Below are positions 12,010 through 22,165 of a stretch of DNA of 35,473 bases, piece after piece. The notes under the pieces were generated by a model. The model was not told the origin of the DNA and did no database searches. It was given only the letters and a program-made list of their open reading frames with translations. How positions within the stretch are numbered: position 1 is the first letter of the stretch; each line of letters opens with the position of its first letter. The position numbers were made by a program, and so were the translations under genes. Source of the stretch: Chiloscyllium plagiosum (Eukaryota). The stretch lies in the NCBI RefSeq assembly GCF_004010195.1, contig NW_025215298.1:36180-71652 (forward strand), read 5' to 3'.

Positions 12010-13030
12010 AATGAGAATTAACTAAGACCTCTACACTTTTTGGAGTTATTCATGGTACAAGGGAAGATAATTATCATTGGTGGGCATCAATCATCTCAGC
12101 ATTCGGACACATCTGCAGGAGCTTCTCCGCGTAGCTTCCTCAGCCCAGGCATCTCCAGTTTGTCATCATAGAATCCCTATAGTGTGGAAGGAGGCTATTC
12201 AGCCATTGAATCCAAACTGAGCAGATTAGATTCCCTACACTGTGGAAACAGGCACTTCGGCCCAACCATCCACACCGACCCTCCGAAGAATAACCCACCC
12301 AGACACATTTCCCTCTGACTAATGCACCGAACATAATGGACAATTTATCATGGCAAATTCACCTGGCCTGAACATCTTCGGACAGTGGGACGAAACCGGA
12401 CCACCCAAAGGAAACTCATGCAGACAACTGGGCAATGTGAAAACTCCACACAGACAGTTGCCCAAGGCTGGAATCGAACCTGGGACCCTGGCACTGTGAA
12501 TCAGCCGTGTTAGCTACTGAGCCACCGTGCCAGCAGAAGAGGGGGCATTCACTGAAGTTTACAAAGTTTTCAGGGCAAGTTGCCCCTCTTCAGCTCTTGA
12601 AACAGTCTGTGACCATGTGCAGCAAGACTTGAATAACATTTAAGATCGTGCTGTTAAAGTCTGGGTAACATTTATGTAACAGCACAGTACATTTGCACAG
12701 TAAAAGGAGGATTTCATTCAGCACCTCAATCTGGTTTCACAAGAATCTGGGGAAGCCATTCATCCCAACAAAACTACTGGGCAAGAAGCAGGATAGACCA
12801 TTCAGTGCCTCTTGCCTGTTGCACAGGAAGTCAGGGAGTCTGCGTTCTCCCACATGTCACATACATGGGAACAGAAAGAACCATTTCACACCCGGAGTCA
12901 CTTCAAAGTAACAGGAAGAGGTTATTCAGCTTGTCAAGCCACTAACGCAGGAACAGGAAAGTGTCAGAGATGCTCCAACATCACAAACAAATGAAGCAGG
13001 GGTTGCACGGACTGACTGCTCCAAATTGAT
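12010..13030 (+). mobile_element. Old non-LTR retrotransposon RT fragment (CR1/L2-group, second family), split by an HE1 SINE
   Basis: Degenerate GVPQGSVLGP-like DNA at ~12110-12160 and a QQDL-NI..W-VTF-like segment at ~12615-12680 flank the SINE. Confidence 0.5.
12167..12531 (-). mobile_element. HE1-type SINE with an extra 3' tail fragment
   Basis: Reverse strand GGCACGGTGGCTCAGTAGCTAACACGG..GGTCCCAGGTTCGATTCCAGCC (A and B boxes); two successive tails at 12167-12220 and 12225-12260. Confidence 0.88.
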
Positions 13031-13729
13031 CCACATGGCTTAATTACTCATGGTACATATGTGTAACTTTAACATGGTTTTCTGGCAGTCGGAATGAAGC
13101 CAACATTTTTTAGCCATTCTCCAAGTTAACTTCCATCTCCAAGAAGGCAGTCCCATGGTCTCCGTGGAGGTCAGAATCCGTTGGGGAATAACTAACTGTT
13201 TCAGAATGAAGGTATTTTGGCTGCTGACAGGATTGTGTACAAAGTGACATTCAATGCAGTGTCACACAGTAACTGTGCATTAAAGTGTTCAGAGTTCATT
13301 CAGAGCCTGTACCACTCTGTCAATCGACATGGGGGCTCTGCAGATGCATGTAAACTGACGTGAATCAAACATCTAATGAAAAGCACGAAATTTTCACCAT
13401 ATTCAGCTGTTTGGGACATAATGAGTTTCTGTCCAGAGCCATCAAGCTTCAACTTCTTATTCTCTCACAGCGCTACAGATTAAACACATAGTTACTGCAC
13501 ACTCTCCTCGTGATAACAACAAGCCATTGTTTAGTCTGGTCAAAATACTTTCCACTCTCTCAGTGACAAAGGGATCATTGTTTATAAAGCAGACCAAATC
13601 TTTACAAAATGCACCAAATACTCTCTCAAAAACACGATCAGTGGGAAAGATATTCTAACTTTTGTACTTCAATCATTTTGCATGAAGAGCCACATATCAT
13701 TTTCTCCCTGCACCTGTATGAATTCTGTC

Positions 13730-14800
13730 AGTGACGTATGACCAAGCACATCCAGGTCCTTTTCAACAAAAGCACTCGCCAACCTCTCTACCATTTAATA
13801 AATATAAATGTACATGATAGTATTTGTTGTTCACATCTGAATCATTTTTACACCTTGTGAACAGCTATTGCCCAAACACTGATCCTGCTGCCACCTATCA
13901 ATCCTTCAGTCCAGAGAAAAACAGCATTCTTCCCGTATCTCCATTACCCAATCCAAGTGGTATATATTCCACCCCTACATACCCATGGACTCTAACATTC
14001 CCCACTCACCTGTATTCAACCATGTCAAGCGTCTTCTAAAAATACAAATACTCCACACCCATTGGTTCTCAACTGTCGATGTCACAACAAACCATCTCGA
14101 TAAACAGGTTTATCAAAGATCATTTCCCGTTCCTGAACCTAAGCCGAATTATCTAATCATATCATTATTCTCCAAGTATCTAGTTGTCACGTTCCTTATA
14201 CAATGTTCCAGTATTTTATTCTCACACTGACATCAAGCTATTTAGTTTTCTGTTTTCCCTCTCCATCCTGTTTTAAAATTTAGGTTTACAATAGCTGTTT
14301 TCCAGTCTGTCGATGTCACAACGGATAATCTCCACACACAGGTTTATCAAAGATCATTTCCCTTTCCTGAATCTAGGCCGAATGTACCAAATCATATCAT
14401 TATTCTCCAAGTATCGAGTTGAGAAACGTTCCTTATAAAACGTTCCAATATTTTTTTTTTCTCACAGATGACATCAAGCTATTTAGTTTTGTGTTTTCCC
14501 ACTCCATCCTGTTTTAAATATTTAGGTTTACAATAGTTATTTTCCAATCTGAAGCATCCTTTCCAGAATCCAACTAGCTTTGAAGAATAATCAGCAATTC
14601 TTTCACTTGGTCTGTTCTGATCTCAATCAGTCTGGGATGTAGCTCATCAGATGCAGCAACTTATGAAACTTCAATTCAATTAGATGTTCAATGACATACT
14701 CTTCATTAATTCTGATTTCCTGCAGTTTCCCATTTTTACCAATCATTGTGTTCCCTAATATATCTGCAAGTTAGTTTCTGTACCTTCGCCTGTGGAGATG
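13730..14800 (-). mobile_element. Very old CR1 RT fragment
   Basis: Reverse strand near 14080-13980 reads as a degenerate VTS..PMGVEYLYF*KTLDMV (the YLDF-KAFD motif). Confidence 0.55.
14073..14551. repeat. Direct tandem duplication, 234-bp period, 2 copies
   Basis: CTGTCGATGTCACAAC..CAGGTTTATCAAAGATCATTTCCC..TTTAGGTTTACAATAG starts at 14073 and again at 14307. Confidence 0.93.
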
Positions 14801-15959
14801 GAACCAATGCATTCCTCTCAGCAGGCAGGTGATTTCTGACTGCTTATGAATACATTGGAGGACAGCACTTCGGAGAAGGTGGATATATTACCCACTGCTG
14901 CATGCAAACTTCCAGAATCAATCCAGTTTAATTCATCGTGAGTGTCAGCACAGTCCTGTCCCTGGTGTGAGACGACAGGTTATCCTGAAGGAGGGGATTC
15001 AGCTCAGTGACCACCTCAATTTTGAGAAAAGCTGGTTTTACACATTACACCTGAATAGGTGCAGCATAGACAAATTTTCCTGAAAATCCCAGAGAGTATA
15101 GTGCAGTGCCCTGCTCCTCCCTGTTTACTCAGCTTCCCTTCCTTGTAGTCTCAGCTCCATTTGTTTACCATGGACCCAGACACACTGTAAATGCAGTCTT
15201 CAGAGTGGGGTCCCCAGACCCTCGCGGCTCCCTGAATGAACCCAGTAACTGACATCACAATCCTGAGAACACCATGCACAGAGACTCCACTGACTTTCTA
15301 GATGATAGCAGCAAGTCAATTCCCCACACGCATAGTGCATTCACTCGGTGTTGAAAAAGCCTCAGTCTCCTCAGTTTCTTTTCCTGTCTGAGAAAGCTGT
15401 TACATCTCAACACAATCGCACAGTAACAGTTCCTCTCTCCAAAGAAGCAGTTGACAATGGAACATTATGTTTCTCTATATCTCAGCGACAATAAGTATTG
15501 CTGATGGAGTTAATCACCGCACTCAGAGACGAGAGATAAAGGGAACATAACTCACGGTAAGCAAGGACATCCCGTAATTAATATGATATTCAGGAATATG
15601 TGATAAAGGGAAATGTTAGAATAACTTCCCATTCTGTTTTCCTTCCAGTCCATCATCAGCAATCATTTTGCTTGCTTCCCCCCACCCCCTCTCTCTCTCT
15701 CTCTCGCTGGACATAATCCACTCAACACAAACTGCCCGCTCACCCTTCCAACCATCCGTGATATAATAATCTTATTTCTCAGTTGCATTCAGTTTTGATA
15801 GGTTTACTGAACTCGAAACACTATTTGTGTTTCTTCCGACAGATTGCCATACCTGCTGAGATTCTCCAACATTCTTTCAGACGGTGGAGAATTTTATTTC
15901 AGATCGCCAGCATCCGGATTTCCTTGGTTATTTCACCTTTACTGGTGCTGTTTCGCGGG

Positions 15960-16305
15960 ATGCCAGCATCACTGGCAAGGGCAGCATTTATTGTCCATCC
16001 TAACTGCCCTTGACCATGTGGCCATTTGTCAAGGCAATATGGAGGCAACCACATTATTGTGGATCTGAGGTGACACTTAGTTCAGACAGGGCAAAAATGT
16101 TAGGCTTCTTTACCAAAGGTTACGAATAAAATAAGGAAAGAAATCCTGATGGTTTATGGTTGCCATGAGTGAAATTAGGTTTCATTCCAAATTTTGCAAT
16201 TGGAATTTAAATTTAGTCATCGGCACTGATGGGATTTCAGACAATGGTTTTAGAGTCATAACCCGTGCCTCTGAATTACACAGTCAGTGACGTTATTACT
16301 CGGTT
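15960..16305 (-). mobile_element. Diverged tRNA-derived SINE, same family as 250-590
   Basis: CAGCATTTATTGTCCATCCTAACTGCCCTTGA..CAACCACATTATTGTGGATCTG aligns by eye with 270-360. Confidence 0.55.
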
Positions 16306-16729
16306 TAAGAGTCCCTGTTGTGAAGTAACTGTAGAAACAAGTACAAGTTTGTGGTCAAACTATTTGTGATTGGAAGAGAGGTCAGAAGAGAAATGGAGCC
16401 ATAAAATCTGTCGTTAAGGAAGGGGTAGATGATGGCGCAGTCAGCAACAGAACTCAGGCAAAGCTGGAGATTGGGGATATTATGTCAGTGGGTCTCGGCA
16501 GGTTTGATCATAGAAAGAATATGGAAACATAAAACAGATCACGGTAAAAAGGAGACTCAAGGTTCTGAATAGTCTTTTACCATCTCAGATGTTTATGAGT
16601 AAGTCGTTTGGAAATGCATGAGAAGGAAATGGTGTTTGTGACTGAAAGTTTATGTTTTTGTTAAATATAATCACCCAGAATAGCAATAACATACAGCATC
16701 ATTTATAGAATCGACAGAGATAGACTTAC

Positions 16730-16904
16730 CAGGAACACCAATAATAGCGAGGGTGGGATAGTACCCAGCTTGAATAATCATCAGTACGGCTTGTATCCGC
16801 GACGCTAACCATGGCCAATCCTGAGAAAGCATGTAAAGACCCCAGGATAAACTCCTGTCCATTGTTGGAACGTTCCAGTCTAATGTTCTCAGATTCTGAT
16901 CCAT
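16730..16904 (-). CDS. GPR139-like: First coding exon of a GPR139/GPR142-like class A GPCR (N-terminus and start of TM1); second exon not in window
   Basis: 58 codons plus 1 nt: MDQNLRTLDWNVPTMDRSLSWGLYMLSQDWPWLASRIQAVLMIIQAGYYPTLAIIGVP. Strong start context ACAATGG; canonical phase-1 donor CCTG|GTAAGT at 16730/16729. YYPTLAIIGVP matches the GPR139 TM1 entry (human YYSLLLCLGLP-ANILT), where I recall the coding intron of this family lies. Confidence 0.8.
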
Positions 16905-16943
16905 TGTTGGAACATTCCAGTCTCATGTTCTCAGATTCTGATC
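16860..16943 (-). repeat. 42-bp tandem duplication across the GPCR start codon
   Basis: 16860-16901 and 16902-16943 differ at only 2 positions. Confidence 0.95.
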
Positions 16944-17389
16944 TTTCTCACTTTCTCTGTAGCTGCTGATCCCAATCTTGTTGAGGTTGACTCTGCTCCG
17001 AATACTATGGCATAAAAAATTAAACAAAGTCCCTAATTATGGAAGAGCGATATCCTCCAGTGACCCAGTTAGGTCCAGGAAGACCAATATTAATCACAGT
17101 CACTGAACAAACAGCTCCAGTTAACCCATTTCACGGAAACTCTGATATACCACAATAATACTTGATGTGGCTGGGATTTTGATATCGCTGATTATTGAGC
17201 TAATGGTACATCTCCAGTTGTAAACATAGAGGTGAGGGAGAGAGATAATCTAAGCATTAAACTGCTTAGATGCGTTTAGGCATTTTTGAGATACTCCTAC
17301 AGAGTCATAGACTATGTAGATATAGTCCATTCCTTGTGGTCCTTGCAGCCGCTGCCTGGTCCTATGGAGTGATGGTCAAACTCTCACAG

Positions 17390-17790
17390 AACCAGGATTC
17401 GACCTTTTGCTATTTATTGCTGGAGTCTCAGTAGGATTGGAAGGCAGGACATCTCTCCCGGGTGCTACACACTCTCCCTGTAATTTCTCTCGGAACTGTT
17501 TTTTGATGTTCTTTACTCCTGGATTGGAGAAATGCATGTCAGACAATGTGTTTCCAGCATTTATTTTTTGGCACTTGTGTGCTTATTGGATGATACCATA
17601 TTGGAGCAGTACAGTAGTTAAATAAATTATTATTCTGCTAAGTTTTCCAACAGTATTATGCTATTGCAAGTTCCTCTTCCTTTTGTTGTCTTTTATTGAC
17701 AATGTTCGAATAAGTTGTGTTTTGCTTAATGTCGAATATTTTGACAAAGTAAATTCTATCCCTAACACAGCACCTCACATTTTCCAGCGG
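17390..17790 (+). mobile_element. Possible solo LTR fragment
   Basis: T-rich non-coding segment ending AATAAGTTGTGTTTTGCTTAATGTCGAATATTTTGAC..ACACAGCACC, resembling shark LTR R/U5 regions from memory; termini not resolved. Confidence 0.3.
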
Positions 17791-18954
17791 CATAGGTCGT
17801 GCTGGAGGAGTGATAATCATGTTAGGAATTATATTGGATACTCAATCCAACTCTCAGATCCAGCCTGGACACAGAAAAGCCCAGATGAGATATTTGCTCA
17901 GCATGAAGCACTGCTAGGCCAGGCTCGTGTAATGCTCAGGAATCCGTCCAGGATCGAACACTGTTTAGAGCTCAGCAGTTCACTGCATATGCGTCCAACA
18001 GTGCACTGATGTATAAACTTGGATTAGATGATCTGTTTAGCACAGTGCGCTGTGCAGAACACACAAAGGCATTTTTCTATACAAACGAACTTGATATCTG
18101 TGCAACATGGGGAGCTGTGCAGTTAATAGCAGTGAATTTATCTATTAATCTGGAGCAGTTGCCTTCCCAGCATACACAGCTGTGTACACCAATCGCTGCA
18201 CTGCTGAGTCACACTGTGTTAGATCATTGCCCAGCGTGGGCAAACTTGCAGCTCATGCTGAAAGTGGCAGGATGTGCAGCTCCCCTCCAAATGCAGCTCC
18301 ATATCTACATTGTGGCATGACACCGGAGTGCTGTGGAAGTGAAACTCACTGCCAGAGAGAGATGGCAGGGGAATCAGTTTAAATACCAACAAACGGGAGG
18401 AACTTGGTTAAAAGAGAGGGGGATATCGAGAGAGAATTTTAGAGAAGGATCTGTTGGTAAGTTTAAAAATTATGAAATGAAAACATTTCGATAGTATCTT
18501 GCAATATAGGCCACTGTTTCTAGGAATAATGGGTGAGCAGCATACTGGTGTAAGTTAAGATGATGAAGAGTTTTGGATAAGCAATTGTCCTGCAGCGTTG
18601 TAACTGGTAGTAGGATCAGCAGAGTCTTCAACTCATTGGGCTGAATCGAACAATAATTTGTCTCAGTGCCATTTTCATTGAGTGCGACAGTATGAATGTC
18701 CGCAACAGGCAGAGCCCATTTCTTGGTATTACCTTATCGAACTCACCTCATTAACTATCCACCCCATCCCATGGTGTCCCTCTCATTCAATGCCAGCCCG
18801 ATTCTCCCACGCAGCATGGCTGGAGGTATACAGCATCTCCCGGATACCCCGGGATATTCAGTGATCCCTGGAACTGCTGCCATCATTAAAAGGCCAACGG
18901 GTACACGGTTGAGCCTTTCTCAATTTGGAGCTGTGCAGCATAGTTTACCCGAGC

Positions 18955-19176
18955 ATGGCAGATAAGAGGAAGTTACACCACAGCTTGGCGACAGGAGCAC
19001 GGAGGTCCTGGTGAATGGTCTAGTACAGAGGGGGACCATTCTCTTCCCAGAGGGAGCTGCACCACCAGACCCACCGAGAATGGTCTGAGCTCACCACCCA
19101 GCTCAGTGCAGTATCTGCGGTCCGAAGAAATGTCCAATACAGGAAAAGCATCAATAACCTTCTCTGCTATGTCAGG
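18955..19176 (+). pseudogene. Myb/SANT-like DNA-binding protein exon of a PIF/Harbinger transposon, frameshifted
   Basis: Joining frames gives MADKRK../PQLGDRSTEVLVNGLVQRGTILFPEG/HQTHREWSELTTQLSAVSAVRRNVQYRKSINNLLCYVR, fitting the Myb_DNA-bind_5 pattern (E-L..LF..W..VSA..R..Q-RKK-NDL). A decayed donor-like AGG|ATAAG follows. Confidence 0.7.
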
Positions 19177-20189
19177 ATAAGGATCACAGTATTCTCTCTA
19201 CTCTCTCACACTCACTGCACATCTGTTAGCGCCTTCCCCAACATAAGGCTCCATCACCCTCACCACTGAAAAACAGAACCTTCTCTCTCTCTCACCTATG
19301 CAATACCCCCACATGGTTATAAAATGTTCTTATGAGTGCTGTTTCTAGAATTCTCTGGATGATGTCGTTTGTACAATGTTCTAGATAATTTTCAAATTAA
19401 TTCTACTTTAGCAAAATATTCATCCCCAGTATGTAACGCATCAGAGGAAGGAGCAGAGTTTTCCTTTGTTTTAAATCACTCAGGATGAAAGTGCATCATG
19501 ACGCCATTAAGTCTCTCAAATATGCTCCACAATTTCGACAATGGGAGCACCTAAACACTTGAAGACTCACTCTCTTCTTGAAGACAGGCGCCACATTGGT
19601 GTTCCGCCAGTTTCACTGGAACACTCCTGTAATCCCGAGAGTAATGGAATATTTCACATAGTGCCACCAGTCGCTCTGTAACCACTTGTACGTTTTGTTA
19701 CAAACAATGCAAAACTTTCATCTGACTACAATTTTGATACTCTTTGTGCCTTCCCCTGTGAGGAACGATGTAAAATACTGTTTTAAATTCTCTGCCTGTT
19801 CCCTGAAACCAGTTCCCCAGTCACATCCTCCAGGTGTCCCACATATTCTTTCCTGCCTTTACTCCAAGGGTCAAACACACATTCTGAGCGTTTTTTATTC
19901 GATATGAGAAAACTCTTGCGGTTACTTTCTTTTCATAATTTTTGCCAGTTTTGGAATGTTTTTCTTTGTATTTTGTTTTATACAATCTGCTTCTGGTTCC
20001 AAAAGTAAACTTCCCAAATTTGGCCGACGCTAGAGCTCGCCAATCTGAATTCTTTAATTTGTGATTGATTAGTATCCTTCACATCCTTTGTGCATCATGG
20101 ATGGTTCATCTTCACATCTTCATATCATTTCCTTTTTGACCAGAGTCAATCATTACTGAGTGTTATTAAGCAGTACCTGCTTAAATGTC

Positions 20190-20225
20190 ATTCCTGAAGA
20201 AGGGCGTATGCCCGAAACGTCGATT
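20190..20225 (+). ncRNA. Minimal type I hammerhead ribozyme motif
   Basis: CUGAAGA (20194-20200), A, GGGC-GUAU-GCCC stem II, GAAA, CGUC. Palindromic ACGU stands in for stem III; cleavage triplet GUC ends at 20221; stem I is weak. Confidence 0.7.
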
Positions 20226-20284
20226 CTCCTGTTCCCTGGATGCTGCCTGACCTGCTGCGCTTTTCCAGCAACACAGTTTCAGCT
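20191..20284 (+). mobile_element. 94-bp Penelope-terminus-like insertion with 14-bp target-site duplication
   Basis: CTGCTTAAATGTCA at 20177-20190 and 20285-20298. The paralogous site at ~29208 has a single CTGCTTGAATGTC and no insert. Confidence 0.85.
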
Positions 20285-20459
20285 CTGCTTAAATGTCACC
20301 CCTCCCTTCCCCCCCCTCCCCCCCACACACATCTGCTGACCTTCACCTGTGTTTATTTTTACACTCCGTATTTGACCAGATATATGACATAAATCTGCAT
20401 TTGAAATGCCTAGCTCTTTTCAATCATTCAGTGGGAACCTACGTATGTGGCTGAAGACA

Positions 20460-21141
20460 TGATCAGCTGAGGTTGACTCCGTTCTCCCAGTTTCTGTGCC
20501 TCTGTCATTTTTGTTCGATGATGCTTCATTCCTTTGGGAAGCTTCCTCCATGTCATCCTTTTCTCTCAAACGAGAAATACCCTCACTCTGATGGACTGAG
20601 CTTTCGGCTGTGTCTGTCCCATCTCCCTCACTTCTGCCCTCACTCCGTCCCCTCCTTCCCAGAACAATGATCGATCTCCCCTTGCCCTCACTTCCTACTG
20701 CACTAGAATCCATATTCACAGAATCATCCTCCGCCACTTCCACCACCTCCAGCAGGACAGCACCATCAAACACATCTTCCCCTCCCGTCCACTGTCAGTA
20801 TTGCACAGGGACTATACCCTCTGTGACACCCTCCATCATCCCGAACACTTCCACACACCGCCTTGGCACCTTCCCATGTAAATGCAGAAGCTGCAACATT
20901 TTACCATTTATCTCTTCCCTCCTCACTGTCCTAGGACCGAAACACACTTTTCAGGTGAAGCAGCATTTCAGTTGTATTCTTTCAATCCAGTCTCCTGCCA
21001 TTGCTGCTCACAATGCAGTCTCCTTTACATTAGTGAACCAAACAGAAACTGTTTTGAGGAACATCTCCACTCTGTCTGTAAGAATTACCCTGGTCTTCTG
21101 ATTGCTCCCCATTTCAAAACCTACATTGCTCTCAAGATAAT
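20460..21141 (+). mobile_element. Penelope-like retroelement 3' part (RT C-terminus and GIY-YIG endonuclease), decayed; resumes at 25944-25960 and 26257-26870
   Basis: PFSQFLCLCHFCS; GTFPCKCRSCN..VLGPKHTFQVKQHFSC; CSQCSLLYISE..FEEHLHSV. Confidence 0.85.
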
Positions 21142-22165
21142 GAAAATTCTTTGAGGAGGTAACGACGGGATGGACCAGAGACAGTTACCTATCTGAACTT
21201 CCAGAAGGCCTCTGATATGGTACTCCACAGGAGGCTGCAGAGTAAGATAAGGACCCATGGTGTCAGAGACCAGGTACTTGCATGGATAAATGGTTGGCTG
21301 TCCGGCAGGGTGCAGAGTGTGGATAAAATTGTCCCTCTCAGGACGGCAGCAGGTGTCGAGCAGTGTTCCACAAAAGTCAGTGTTGGGACCACAATATTTC
21401 ACTTTATAGGTTAACGGTCTGAGTGGCGGGACAGAAGGCATTCTGACTACGTTTGCAGATGATGCAAAGATAGGTGGGGGGCATGTAATATTGAGGAGGC
21501 AGGGAGCCTGCAGAAAGATTTCGACAGTTTAGGAGAGTGGGAAAAGGAGTAGCAGATGGAATACAATGTGGGAGAGTGTGAGGTCAGGCACTTTGGTATG
21601 GAGAATACAGGCATGGACTATTTACTAAATGGGAAAATAATTCAGAAATCTGAGTAACAAAGGGACTTGGGATTCCAAGCGCAGGATTCGCTTTAGATAA
21701 ACTTGCAGGTTGAGTCAGTAGTTAAGACGGTAAATACAATGTTGTCATTCATCTCGAGAGGGCTAGGATATAATGGTGGGGATTCTGAGGCTTTCTACGG
21801 CTTTGGTCAGACCACATTTCCAGTATTTCGTGCCTCACACCTCAGGAAGGATGTATAAGCCTTGGTGTGTGTCAATAGAAGGTTCACCAGAAATGAAAAT
21901 CTTAACACATGAGGAACGTTGGAGAACTCTGGGTTAAAACTCGATGGAGATTAGAAGGATGAGAGGGGATCCAATTGAAACTTACAGAATACTGAATGAT
22001 CTGGATACAGACAAAACTGGGAGGACGTTTGCACTGGCAGGAGGACGCAGGCTTAGAGCAAAGGGAAAACCCATTAGAACGGAGATAAGATGAAACGTCT
22101 TTAGCCAGAGAGTGGTGAAATTATGGAATTCCTTACCACAGAAGGCTGTGGAAACCAAATCATTT

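Noticed and set aside
13110..13140. GTTAACTTGG (VNL) on the minus strand as the start of GPCR exon 2
   Set aside because: No acceptor AG or pyrimidine tract, and it reads VNLENG* with no transmembrane segment.
15470..15562. Plus-strand exon bounded by TCTCAG and GTAAGC
   Set aside because: Stops in all three frames and no supporting neighbouring exons.
16671..16729. C-terminal part of the 77-aa ORF (GKSISVDS..) as coding
   Set aside because: It is read-through into the intron past the GTAAGT donor.
17683..18320. Two adjacent ~105-aa ORFs as a gene
   Set aside because: No recognisable domain or splice structure, and the first overlaps an LTR-like segment.
19360..19425. Similarity to 8573-8600 (TTTGTACAATGTTCT)
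   Set aside because: Only a 15-bp exact match with weak flanks, too little to claim a duplication.
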